Positions 28,434 through 37,445 of a stretch of 64,000 nt of DNA are shown one piece after another. This DNA is from Dehalococcoidia bacterium (GTDB lineage Bacteria; Chloroflexota; Dehalococcoidia; Plut-88900): the NCBI GenBank assembly GCA_965207225.1, contig CBDBLV010000002.1, forward strand, positions 320,001-384,000. The letters run 5' to 3'. The first letter of the stretch is position 1. Each line of letters starts with the position of its first letter. Position numbers and translations under genes: made by a program. The notes under the pieces are model-generated. The model saw nothing but the letters and a program-made list of their open reading frames with translations, ran no database searches and was not told the DNA's origin.

Positions 28434-29918
28434 CTAACCGGTGGCCTCGGTTACGGATGACAGCAGATCCGTGGCGTCCTGGATGCGCTTCATACACCGC
28501 TCCTTGCCCAGGACGGACATGGTGTCGAAGAGGGGAGGGGCAGCGGTGCGGCCGGTGACGGCGACTCGGAGAGCCCCGAAGAGCTGGCCTGTCTTGATGC
28601 CGAGGTCGGGGGCGAGGGGGCGGAGGAGGGCTTCAAGGGAGTCGGGATCCCAAGAGTCCAGACTAACGAGGTTGGTCATTGCAGCCTTGAGAGCGGCAAT
28701 GGTGGCATCCCGGTCCATCTTCTTGGGGACCAGGGCGGCAGGGTCATGGGAAATCTCGTTTCCAAAGAAGAAATCGGCGATATCCGGAAGCTCTTCGAGG
28801 GTCTTGATCCGCTCCTGAAGCAAGGGAAGGACGCGTTCGGCGTAGGCCATGTCCAAGGGTCGAGGGACGGATGGGGGGAGTTTGGACTCAAGGATGGGCA
28901 GGGCCTCTTCAACGAAATGGCCTGCGGGCATGTCCCGGAGGTAGACACCGTTCATCCAGCTGAGCTTCGTGATGTCAAAGATTGCGCCGGTCTTTCCGAC
29001 CCGCTCAAGGGTGAAATGTTCGACCAGCTCCTTCCGGGCGAAGAGCTCTGTGTGGTCGTCGAGGGACCAGCCCATGAGGGCCAGGTAGTTGACCATGGCG
29101 TCGGGGACGAACCCGAGTCCCCGGTAGTCCAAGAGGGCAGCGGCGCCGTGACGCTTGCTGAGCTTGGAGCGGTCGGGGCCAAGGATGATGGGGAGGTGGC
29201 CGTACTGGGGAGGGGTCATGCCGAGGGCCTGGTATAGGAGGAGGTGGCGGGGGGTGCTGGAAAGCCACTCCTCGGCGCGCAGGACGTGGGAGATTTTCAT
29301 GAGGTGGTCGTCGACCACGTTGGCCATGTGGTATGTGGGGAATTTGTCGGTCTTGATAAGGACGAAATCACCGAGGATATCCGAGTCAAAAGAGACTTTC
29401 TCGCGAATGCGGTCGTTGAAGGTGATGGTGCGTCCGGTCGGGACCCGGAACCTGACGACGGGGACATCTGCGTCTCCGTTGGCCCTAGCCTCGTTTTCGG
29501 ATACCTCCCTGCAACGGCCGTTGTAGACGGGCATCTGTTTAAGCCTAGACTGCTCATCCCTGGCGGCCTTGAGGCGCTCCGCGGAGCAGTAGCAGTGGTA
29601 GGCAGCACCGCTATCGAGCAGCATGCCGGCATAGTGGTCGTAAATGTCCAGGCGTTCCGACTGGAGGTATGGGCCGAAATCACCCCCGACCTCGGGGCCT
29701 TCGTCCCAGTCGATATCCAGCCAGCGCAGGCTTTCAAGGATAGCCTGGATTGCCCCCTCCTGGGTGCGGGCTTGGTCAGTATCCTCGATGCGGACGATCA
29801 GGCTGCCGCCGTTATGCCGGGCAAAGAGCCAGTTGAAGAGGGCGGTGCGGATATTGCCGACGTGGGGTATGCCGGTCGGGCTTGGGGCGTATCTAACCCT
29901 TACGTTCTTGTCATGCAT
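28434..29918 (-). CDS. gltX: Glutamate--tRNA ligase
   Basis: RYAPSPTG, HVGN (HIGH-type), RIEDTD, KLSKR. Confidence 0.97.
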   Translation of the reverse strand: MHDKNVRVRYAPSPTGIPHVGNIRTALFNWLFARHNGGSLIVRIEDTDQARTQEGAIQAILESLRWLDIDWDEGPEVGGDFGPYLQSERLDIYDHYAGMLLDSGAAYHCYCSAERLKAARDEQSRLKQMPVYNGRCREVSENEARANGDADVPVVRFRVPTGRTITFNDRIREKVSFDSDILGDFVLIKTDKFPTYHMANVVDDHLMKISHVLRAEEWLSSTPRHLLLYQALGMTPPQYGHLPIILGPDRSKLSKRHGAAALLDYRGLGFVPDAMVNYLALMGWSLDDHTELFARKELVEHFTLERVGKTGAIFDITKLSWMNGVYLRDMPAGHFVEEALPILESKLPPSVPRPLDMAYAERVLPLLQERIKTLEELPDIADFFFGNEISHDPAALVPKKMDRDATIAALKAAMTNLVSLDSWDPDSLEALLRPLAPDLGIKTGQLFGALRVAVTGRTAAPPLFDTMSVLGKERCMKRIQDATDLLSSVTEATG

Positions 29919-29933
29919 GGTCGGTCGGGAACC

Positions 29934-30848
29934 TTAGCGGTTGGTATAGCTTAACGAATCGAGGAAGTTGGACAAGTCCCGGGGCAGGGGAGAGCTCAAC
30001 TCCATCTCCTTACCGGAGAATGGGTGGCTGAATTCAAGGGAGGCGGCGTGGAGGAAGTGGCGTATTAGCTCCGGATGTCGTTTGCCGTATGCGGCGTCGC
30101 CGACTACGGCGTGGCCGATGGCGGCCATGTGGACTCTGATCTGGTGAGTGCGACCCGTGTGCGGAGTGACTCTCAACAGGGTGAAGCAGTCATAGGAAGC
30201 GACGGTCTTGTATCGGGTTTCGGCATCCCTGCCTCCCTGGACGACAGCCATTTCTTTGCGTCGGGTGAAGTGCCTGCCCACGGGGGCCTGGATGACACCC
30301 TCGGGTGGGGAAACCGTACCTTGCACGAGGGCGATATAGGTCTTGGTGATGGTGCGTTTCTTGAACTGGGCGGAGAGGCCTCGATGGGCGGCCTCAGTCT
30401 TAGCCACAAGCAGGAGGCCGGAGGTGTCTTTATCTAGGCGGTGAACGATACCGGGTCTTGACGGGTCTCCGACTCCCACGAGGTCGGGCAGGTAAGAGAG
30501 GAGTGCGTTGGCGAGGGTCCCGGTCTGGTGGCCTGGGGCAGGGTGGGTGGTGAGGCCGGCGGGCTTGTCTACAGCCATGAGGTATTCGTCCTCATAAATG
30601 ATGCATAGAGGGATGGGGTCGGGGGAGGGAGACGGGAACGGGTCGGGGGTGGGGTCCATGTGGAGGGTGTCGGTTGGTTTCAGCCTGTGGCTGGCTTTGG
30701 CGATCTGCCCGTTGACTCGGACCCTTCCCTCGGCGATCAGATGTTGGATGGCAGAACGAGAGAGGTCTGGATAGAGGGCAGCGAGATGCCTGTCCAGTCG
30801 CTCTTTGGAAAGCCGGGGGTCGGTGCTGGGGTCACGGGGGAGAGCCAT
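29934..30848 (-). CDS. RluA-family pseudouridine synthase (RluD-like)
   Basis: S4 domain ERLD, HRLDKDTSG, TGRTHQIRVH; ATG at 30848 overlaps lspA end. Confidence 0.92.
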   Translation of the reverse strand: MALPRDPSTDPRLSKERLDRHLAALYPDLSRSAIQHLIAEGRVRVNGQIAKASHRLKPTDTLHMDPTPDPFPSPSPDPIPLCIIYEDEYLMAVDKPAGLTTHPAPGHQTGTLANALLSYLPDLVGVGDPSRPGIVHRLDKDTSGLLLVAKTEAAHRGLSAQFKKRTITKTYIALVQGTVSPPEGVIQAPVGRHFTRRKEMAVVQGGRDAETRYKTVASYDCFTLLRVTPHTGRTHQIRVHMAAIGHAVVGDAAYGKRHPELIRHFLHAASLEFSHPFSGKEMELSSPLPRDLSNFLDSLSYTNR

Positions 30849-31338
30849 CTGCAGCTTTGTCCTTGGAGTCCCGGCTGAATAGCAGGGCTGCGGCGAGGAG
30901 GAGGAACCCGATGGTGATGGAGGAGTCGGCGACGTTAAACACGGGCCAGAATCGGAAGTCCACGAAGTCGACCACGTAGCCGTAGGATATGCGGTCGATG
31001 AGGTTTCCGATGGCGCCTGCAAGCTGCATAGTCAAGCTGATGGCGAGGAGGTTGCTTGCCCTGCCTTCCCGCAGCAGCACGAAGGCAATGACGATCACGC
31101 CGACCGCTGCCGCTATAGTCAGAACAAGGGTCTGGTTAGGGAACAGGCCAAAGGCGCTGCCCGTGTTCCGCACGTAGGTGAGGCGAACCGGGGCGTCCGC
31201 GGGGATGGACTCGCCGACGCTCATGGTGGCGCGTATGACGGCCTTGGTTATCTGGTCGAAGGCGAGTATGAAGGCCCAGTAGGCGAAAAGGAAGAGGGTG
31301 CGGCGCTGTTTGAGCGCGTTGGCGAGTCGGGCTTTCAT
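30832..31338 (-). CDS. lspA: Signal peptidase II
   Basis: DQITK, NTGSAFG, GNLIDR, VVDF, FNVADS. Confidence 0.95.
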   Translation of the reverse strand: MKARLANALKQRRTLFLFAYWAFILAFDQITKAVIRATMSVGESIPADAPVRLTYVRNTGSAFGLFPNQTLVLTIAAAVGVIVIAFVLLREGRASNLLAISLTMQLAGAIGNLIDRISYGYVVDFVDFRFWPVFNVADSSITIGFLLLAAALLFSRDSKDKAADGSPP

Positions 31339-31416
31339 GGCTAGTACCGAGCGGGTAAATGTTATCACGGGGGACGCCCGAACCCCTTGCCGCGAAAAAA
31401 CGGCCCGTGCCTGGAA

Positions 31417-32076
31417 CTAACGGGGTTGGGGGGTGGGTGGAGTTAGAGAAAACTGCTTCAGGAAGAAATCTCCGGCTACGTCTGCCATTTCGCTCAGTTT
31501 GCGAAGCCAGAAATGGTCTTCGCCGGTAACGATGTGGCGCTCGTCCTCCGGGACGGAGGCTATCAGTCTTTCGGCGGGAAGGAAGGCATCGGAGTCTCCG
31601 CAGATGACGAGCTTGGGTCCGGGAATCGACCGCCAACGCTTGCCTGTAACACTGGAGACCACAGGAGAAACGGCAACGAGAGGTGTCGGGCAGGGGGACT
31701 GGGCGGCGAGTCGGATGACCATCTCCGCGCCGAAGGAGTAGCCAGCTAGGGCGAGACCGTCGGGATCAACGCCATCGACTCCGGAGAGGAAAGAGACAGC
31801 GGCCTTCAGGTCCTCGAGTTCGCCACGGCCATCGTCGTAGGAACCTTCGCTGCGGCCTACGCCACGGAAGTTGAACCTGAGGGTCGGGACTTCGAGCCCG
31901 GACAGCTTTTGTGCGAGGGTCACGACCACCCCGTTGTGCATGTCGCCGCCGTACTGGGGGTGGGGATGGGCTATGACAATCGCGGGTCGGGGGCCGGATT
32001 GAGCCTCGGCAGGCAGAGTGAGGATGCCTTCAAGGGTCAAGGGGCCGGAAGGGAAGGTGACATTCTTTCTGTTCAT
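31417..32076 (-). CDS. Alpha/beta hydrolase
   Basis: HPHPQYGGDM, RFNFRGVG, GYSFG, DHF. Confidence 0.9.
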   Translation of the reverse strand: MNRKNVTFPSGPLTLEGILTLPAEAQSGPRPAIVIAHPHPQYGGDMHNGVVVTLAQKLSGLEVPTLRFNFRGVGRSEGSYDDGRGELEDLKAAVSFLSGVDGVDPDGLALAGYSFGAEMVIRLAAQSPCPTPLVAVSPVVSSVTGKRWRSIPGPKLVICGDSDAFLPAERLIASVPEDERHIVTGEDHFWLRKLSEMADVAGDFFLKQFSLTPPTPQPR

Positions 32077-32181
32077 GTTGTCTCTCGTCGTGCGCGGGTT
32101 GGAGACATGATATGAGCCGAGGTAGCAGGGCTCAACCCGCGATGCTAGAATGGGTTATCTGTTGCGGAGGTCCATCCCCTT

Positions 32182-33213
32182 ATGAGAATTGTCGATCTTC
32201 GGAGCGACACGGTCACACAACCCACCCCCGAGATGCGAGAGGCAATAGCCAACGCCAGCCTCGGGGATGACGTATTCGGAGAGGACCCGACGGTCAACCG
32301 CCTGGAGGCGATAGCTGCGGAAAAGCTGGGCAAGGAAGCGGCGGTGCTGGTGTCCAGCGGCACCCAGGGCAACCTGACGGCGATCCTTTCTCACTGCCAG
32401 CGGGGAGACGAGGTCATACTGGGGAACAAGTCCCACAGTTACCTGTATGAGGCGGGAGGGGTATCGGCGTTCGGGGGGGTGCACGTCAGGACTGTACCGA
32501 CAGCAGAAGATGGAAGCCTGGATGCGCTGGACATAGAGGGCTCTATCCGGCCGGAAAACCAGCACTTCCCGCACACGGCGCTGGTCTGCATGGAGAACAC
32601 CCACAATTTGACCGGGGGAAGGCCGCTGGGACTTGAGAAGATTGGCCTAGTCGCCAAGGTCGCTGAGGCGCACGAACTCCCGATGCACCTGGACGGGGCC
32701 CGGCTGTTCAATGCGTCGGTGGCCCTGGGCATGGAGGCAAGGAAGCTTACGGAGCCATTCGACTCAGTGACTTTCTGCCTGTCGAAGGGGCTTTCTTGCC
32801 CTGTGGGGTCGGTGCTGTGCGGGTCGGAGGAGTTCATCTACAAGGCCCGACGGATTCGAAAGGCGCTGGGCGGGAGCATGAGGCAGGCGGGGATCATTGC
32901 GGCGGCGGGGATAGTGGCGCTGGATACGATGATCGAGAGGATGGCGGAGGACCACGCCAATGCTCGGGCGATAGCGGAGGGGCTAGCAGAGATCCCGGGC
33001 TTGCACCTGGACCTGGAGCGGGTGCAGACCAACATGATAATGGTAGACGTAGAAAAGGAGTTCCCCAACGGTGGCGTGACCGCCGCCCTCGAGGAGAAGG
33101 GCGTACTGGCACTGGACAGAGGCGGGGGCAACCTGCGGCTGGTGACCCATTACGGTATAGACGAAGCGGACGTGAACCAGACGGTAGAGGCGTTCCGTTC
33201 GATAACGAACTGA
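32182..33213 (+). CDS. ltaE: Low-specificity L-threonine aldolase
   Basis: [39 protein letters not shown]. Confidence 0.94.
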   Translation: MRIVDLRSDTVTQPTPEMREAIANASLGDDVFGEDPTVNRLEAIAAEKLGKEAAVLVSSGTQGNLTAILSHCQRGDEVILGNKSHSYLYEAGGVSAFGGVHVRTVPTAEDGSLDALDIEGSIRPENQHFPHTALVCMENTHNLTGGRPLGLEKIGLVAKVAEAHELPMHLDGARLFNASVALGMEARKLTEPFDSVTFCLSKGLSCPVGSVLCGSEEFIYKARRIRKALGGSMRQAGIIAAAGIVALDTMIERMAEDHANARAIAEGLAEIPGLHLDLERVQTNMIMVDVEKEFPNGGVTAALEEKGVLALDRGGGNLRLVTHYGIDEADVNQTVEAFRSITN

Positions 33214-33221
33214 GACCTGAC

Positions 33222-34178
33222 ATGGTAAAGCTTGGGATAATGCTGGAGGGCCAGGAAGACCTCACCTGGGAGAAATGGCACGACTGGGTGGACCGGTGCG
33301 AGGGGCTGGGATTTGAGTCGCTGTGGAGGTCCGACCACCTGCAGCCCCTGGTCCTCGGGGCGGACAAGGAGGCGCTGGAGGCCTGGGTCTCTTTCACGAC
33401 CTTAGCCACGCGTACCGAACGGATTAGATTCGGGGCAATGGTGACGCCGATGACATTCCGGCACCCGAGCGTCCTCGCCAAGATGGCGGCATCCATAGAC
33501 CAGTTATCGGGAGGCAGGCTAGAAATGGGGCTGGGGGCAGGGTGGTGCGTGCCAGAGCACACGGCCTTCGGGATACCCTTCTACGACTGGAAGACGCGGT
33601 ACGGGATGCTGGAAGAGGGCATAGAGGTGATAAAGGCCCTGTGGACGGAGGACAACGCCACATTCAAGGGCCAGCATTTCACGCTCGAAGGCGCTACTTC
33701 CTATCCCAAGCCGACGCAATCCCCCCACCCGCCCTTTGTGATAGGTGGGAACGGAGAGAAGCGGACGATACCGATAGCGGGGAAATACGCCCAGGAGTGG
33801 AATGGGATAAACCTCACGGTTGAGGGGTTTGTGGCGAAGCGGGAGTTGCTATACCGATCATGTCAGGAGGCAGGCCGGGACACGGGTGAGATAACAACTT
33901 CCCTGGCGGCGACGGGGATCATTGGGCGGGACGACGGAGAGTATGCGCGTCGGTTGGGTATGGTCGCTGGGATGCTTCAGTCGAGGAAGGACGTTGGCGA
34001 CGCGAGCCCCGAGGAGCTAATGGACAAGGGGTTCATAGTCGGGACTCCGGAGCGGGTGGTGGAGCAGATACAAGCCTATGGCGAGGCGGGGGCGTCTCGG
34101 GTGATGTTCCAGCTCTACGACTACGATGATACGGACTTGCTGGACGTGATAGCGGAGAAGGTGTTGCCGCGGGTCTGA
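33222..34178 (+). CDS. LLM class F420-dependent oxidoreductase
   Basis: LWRSDH, FRHPSVLAKMAASIDQLSGGRLEMGLGAGW; true start ATG 33222. Confidence 0.9.
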   Translation: MVKLGIMLEGQEDLTWEKWHDWVDRCEGLGFESLWRSDHLQPLVLGADKEALEAWVSFTTLATRTERIRFGAMVTPMTFRHPSVLAKMAASIDQLSGGRLEMGLGAGWCVPEHTAFGIPFYDWKTRYGMLEEGIEVIKALWTEDNATFKGQHFTLEGATSYPKPTQSPHPPFVIGGNGEKRTIPIAGKYAQEWNGINLTVEGFVAKRELLYRSCQEAGRDTGEITTSLAATGIIGRDDGEYARRLGMVAGMLQSRKDVGDASPEELMDKGFIVGTPERVVEQIQAYGEAGASRVMFQLYDYDDTDLLDVIAEKVLPRV

Positions 34179-34213
34179 TGAGGGACTGGGCTTGCCAGCC
34201 GGGCCTGTGTTTC

Positions 34214-35602
34214 CTACCCACCCTCTCCGCCCCTGGATTCCCGACTCCTCGGGAATGACGGATTAGGAGGGGCGGTTGGGGGGTGGTGGTCTTTCATTCT
34301 CTTCGCGATCTCTACCTCGAAGCCCTGGCCTGACGGTTCGAAATACTTGCGGCCCTTGAGCTCTTCCGGGAGATGCTCCTGTTCCACGAAATGGCCCGCA
34401 TAGTCGTGGGCGTACTTGTAGCCTTTGCCGTAACCGGAAGCTTTCATGAGGCCGGTGGTGGCGTTTCTCAGGTGGAGGGGCACGGGGAGGTGGTGGGTGC
34501 TCTCCACATCTTCTCTTGCCTTCAGGTAGGCTGCGTAGGAGGAGTTGCTCTTGGGGGCTGTGGCGAGGTAGACGGCAGCCTCTGCCATGGGGATGAAGCC
34601 CTCGGGCATGCCGACGAAGTGGACGGCCTGCTGGGCGGCGACTGCTACGACAAGGGCCTGTGGGTCGGCGAGACCCACGTCTTCGGCGGCGAGGATTACC
34701 ATGCGGCGGACGATGAAGAGGGGGTCTTCGCCTGCCTCGATCATGCGGGACATCCAGTAGAGAGCAGCGTCGGGATCCGAACCCCGGAGGGACTTGATGA
34801 AGGCGGAAATGGTGTCGTAGTGCTGGTCGCCGCTCTTATCGTATCTGGGCGAGCGGCGCTGGAGTGCATCGTCAATGGCATCCACATCGATATTGAGGTT
34901 GCCGGTGGCAGAGGCTACGGAGGCGGCTAACTCCAGGGTGTTGAGAGCTATGCGGGCGTCGTTGCCGGACAGGTCTACGAGGCGGTCGAGGGCGTCGGGT
35001 TCGAGGGTGATGTTGTCTCGGCCGAGGCCTCGCTTTTCGTCGGTCAGGGCCCGTTGGACTATGGTGCGGACCTGGGACTCGTCCAGGGGCTTCAGGGTAA
35101 ATACCCGGCACCGGGACAGGAGCGGGGCTATGACTTCGAAGGAAGGGTTTTCGGTGGTGGCGCCGATGAGGGTTACCGTTCCATCCTCTACGTGAGGAAG
35201 GACTACATCCTGCTGGGCCTTGTTGAAGCGGTGGATTTCGTCGATGAATAAGATGGTGTTGCGGCGATACATGCCGCGGAGTTCTTTGGCATCCTTGATT
35301 ACCTGTCTAAGTTCTGCCACCCCTGACCCGACCGCGCTGACCTGCCGGAAGCTGGCCTGGGTTCGGGAGGCGATGAGCCGGGCGAGGGTGGTCTTGCCGC
35401 TACCGGGCGGACCCCACAGGACAATAGAGGGAAGGCGGTCGGCCTCGATGCTGGCGCGCAGGGCCCGACCCTTGCCGATGAGGTGCTCCTGACCAACATA
35501 CTCGTCGAAGGTGACGGGCCTCATGCGGGCGGCGAGAGGGGCGTCGCGGGCGAGTTGGGCCTCGGTGGAGGCGTCGAACAAATCCTTTCTCTGACCGACC
35601 AT
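34214..35602 (-). CDS. rarA: Replication-associated recombination protein A (RarA/MgsA)
   Basis: PLAARMRP, GPPGSGKTT, DEIHRFNKAQQD, SAFIKSLRGSD, YKYAHD. Confidence 0.95.
   Translation of the reverse strand: MVGQRKDLFDASTEAQLARDAPLAARMRPVTFDEYVGQEHLIGKGRALRASIEADRLPSIVLWGPPGSGKTTLARLIASRTQASFRQVSAVGSGVAELRQVIKDAKELRGMYRRNTILFIDEIHRFNKAQQDVVLPHVEDGTVTLIGATTENPSFEVIAPLLSRCRVFTLKPLDESQVRTIVQRALTDEKRGLGRDNITLEPDALDRLVDLSGNDARIALNTLELAASVASATGNLNIDVDAIDDALQRRSPRYDKSGDQHYDTISAFIKSLRGSDPDAALYWMSRMIEAGEDPLFIVRRMVILAAEDVGLADPQALVVAVAAQQAVHFVGMPEGFIPMAEAAVYLATAPKSNSSYAAYLKAREDVESTHHLPVPLHLRNATTGLMKASGYGKGYKYAHDYAGHFVEQEHLPEELKGRKYFEPSGQGFEVEIAKRMKDHHPPTAPPNPSFPRSRESRGGEGG
34234..34260. repeat. CGTC-type palindromic repeat inside the rarA 3' end
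   Basis: TGGATTCCCGACTCCTCGGGAATGACG, near-identical to 46665-46693. Confidence 0.75.
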
Positions 35603-35621
35603 TACCCCGACCACCTCGCAT

Positions 35622-36011
35622 TCAATGCGCCAAGGTTACCAAAGTGACCCCCCATCCACCCTCTTCCAACTGGGCGCCACGGAAGGAGTCTACGTGGGGA
35701 TGATTCTCGACCCACTCCAGGACGGCGGTGCGGACTTTGCCCTGGCCCTTTCCATGCACGATACGGACGTGATGCAACCCCGAGACAAAAGCCGTGTCGA
35801 GGTACTTGTCCAGCTTGATAAGGGCCTCCTCCACCCGCATGTGTCGAAGGTGGACCTCCAGGGGAGGCGGATCCAGGGTCCCGACCAGGAAGGCCGAACC
35901 GCCACAGGTCTGGCACTGACTTTGTCTTTGGCCCCAGCCCACGGCCTCTACCCTGGACGCCTTGCAGGTAAGGCAGCGGTAGGTCTCGGTCAATTTCAGG
36001 GTGGGGCTCAT
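35622..36011 (-). CDS. Stand-alone Smr domain protein with N-terminal Zn ribbon
   Basis: CLTC..CQTC then HLRHMRVEEA..LDKYLD..RIVHGKGQG..GGWGVT. Confidence 0.85.
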   Translation of the reverse strand: MSPTLKLTETYRCLTCKASRVEAVGWGQRQSQCQTCGGSAFLVGTLDPPPLEVHLRHMRVEEALIKLDKYLDTAFVSGLHHVRIVHGKGQGKVRTAVLEWVENHPHVDSFRGAQLEEGGWGVTLVTLAH

Positions 36012-36014
36012 GGG

Positions 36015-37403
36015 CTAGTCTGGGGAGCTTGAGAGGGCCCGGGTCACGGAATCCAGCAAGGCGGGTTCCTGGTCTGGGAGGACGGTGCGGGGATCGAGGA
36101 GGAGGGCATCGTCTTCGATGCGGCCGATGACGGGTGTTGGGGAGGTGCGGAGGGCCTGGGCGAGGGAGTCTACAGGGCTATCATCAGAGGCGAGTAGCTG
36201 CAAGGCCCAGGAGGGAAGGGTGTCGCCAGGGAGGCTGCCTCCGCCTATAGTGGAACGGGTCTCGACTACGTTGGACCCTCGACCAACCTGCCCTTGCCAG
36301 GATTGCGCTCGACTCTTGATGGTCGTAGAGGGTATGGAAATCATCTGCCAAACCGGGACTTTGTCCAAGTGCTCTTCCTTGAGGTAGTGGAGAAGAGTGG
36401 CGGTAAGGGCGGCCATGGTCATCTTGTCGATGCGGGCGGCGCGGGCGAGGGGGTGACGGGAGAGTTGAGAGACAAGGTCGTTTCGACCGGCAATTATTCC
36501 TGCCTGGGGGCCACCGAGAAGTTTGTCGCCGGAGAAGGCGACGAGGTCTGCGCCTGCTGAGATGCTGTCCTGGGGTGTCGGCTCTTCGGAGAGGCCGAAT
36601 TGCCGGGTGTCGACCAAGCAGCCGCTGCCGACATCGTGGACTAGAGGGATGCCGGATTCCCGGGCGAGGGCGGAGAGGTCACGGGTGTCGGGGGCTTCAG
36701 TGAAGCCGATGACCTTGAAGTTGCTGGTGTGGACCTTGAGGAGGAGGGCGGTGTTTTCGGTGATGGCCTTCCGGTAGTCTGATAGGTAGGTGCGGTTGGT
36801 GGTGCCGATCTCGACGAGTCGGGCGCCGCTGGCTTTCATGATGTCAGGGACGCGGACGCCGCCGCCGATCTCGACGGCTTCGCCGCGGCTGACGATAACG
36901 TCTTTGCCAAGGGCGAGGACGCTGAGTACCAGATGGAGGGCGGCGGCGTTGTTGTTGACGGCGAGGGCAGATTCGGCGCCGGTGAGTCGGGTGACGAGGG
37001 ACTTGAGGGTAGCGTCCCGGCCCCCGCGCTGGCCCTTTTGGAGGTCGACTTCGAGGTCGGAATAGCCGGCGGCTGCCTGCATTGCGGCTCGGGCAGCCTC
37101 TTCGCTCAGGGGCGCCCGACCAAGGTTGGTATGGATGATCACGCCCGTGGCGTTAATCACCTGCCGGGGGGAGGGCTGCCAGAGGGCCTTGGCCCTGCCC
37201 TCAATCTCGGCAACGAGGGCCTGGAGGGAGGGTACGGGTCGGCCAGAGGAGATGCCTTCCCTTGCGGCTTGCAATGAGTCTCGGGCGAGGGTGACGAGGG
37301 CGCCGTGGGAGTAGGTTTGGGCAAGGGCCCGGGACTCCCTAGCGGCGAGGATTTTGTCGACGCTCGGGAGGGCCCGAAACTTGTTGTTGTCCGTGGCTAC
37401 CAT
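36015..37403 (-). CDS. selA: L-seryl-tRNA(Sec) selenium transferase
   Basis: INATGVIIHTNLGRA, VNNNAAA, EIGTTNRT, FSGDKLLGGPQAG. Confidence 0.96.
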   Translation of the reverse strand: MVATDNNKFRALPSVDKILAARESRALAQTYSHGALVTLARDSLQAAREGISSGRPVPSLQALVAEIEGRAKALWQPSPRQVINATGVIIHTNLGRAPLSEEAARAAMQAAAGYSDLEVDLQKGQRGGRDATLKSLVTRLTGAESALAVNNNAAALHLVLSVLALGKDVIVSRGEAVEIGGGVRVPDIMKASGARLVEIGTTNRTYLSDYRKAITENTALLLKVHTSNFKVIGFTEAPDTRDLSALARESGIPLVHDVGSGCLVDTRQFGLSEEPTPQDSISAGADLVAFSGDKLLGGPQAGIIAGRNDLVSQLSRHPLARAARIDKMTMAALTATLLHYLKEEHLDKVPVWQMISIPSTTIKSRAQSWQGQVGRGSNVVETRSTIGGGSLPGDTLPSWALQLLASDDSPVDSLAQALRTSPTPVIGRIEDDALLLDPRTVLPDQEPALLDSVTRALSSSPD

Positions 37404-37445
37404 AGTGACTCCGTGGGGCGATTTTAGCACGGGGGGATTGAAGAA

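Noticed and set aside
36015-37403. Selenoprotein genes (UGA readthrough) suggested by selA
   Set aside because: I saw no gene truncated at an in-frame TGA with a plausible continuation; the check was by eye and not exhaustive
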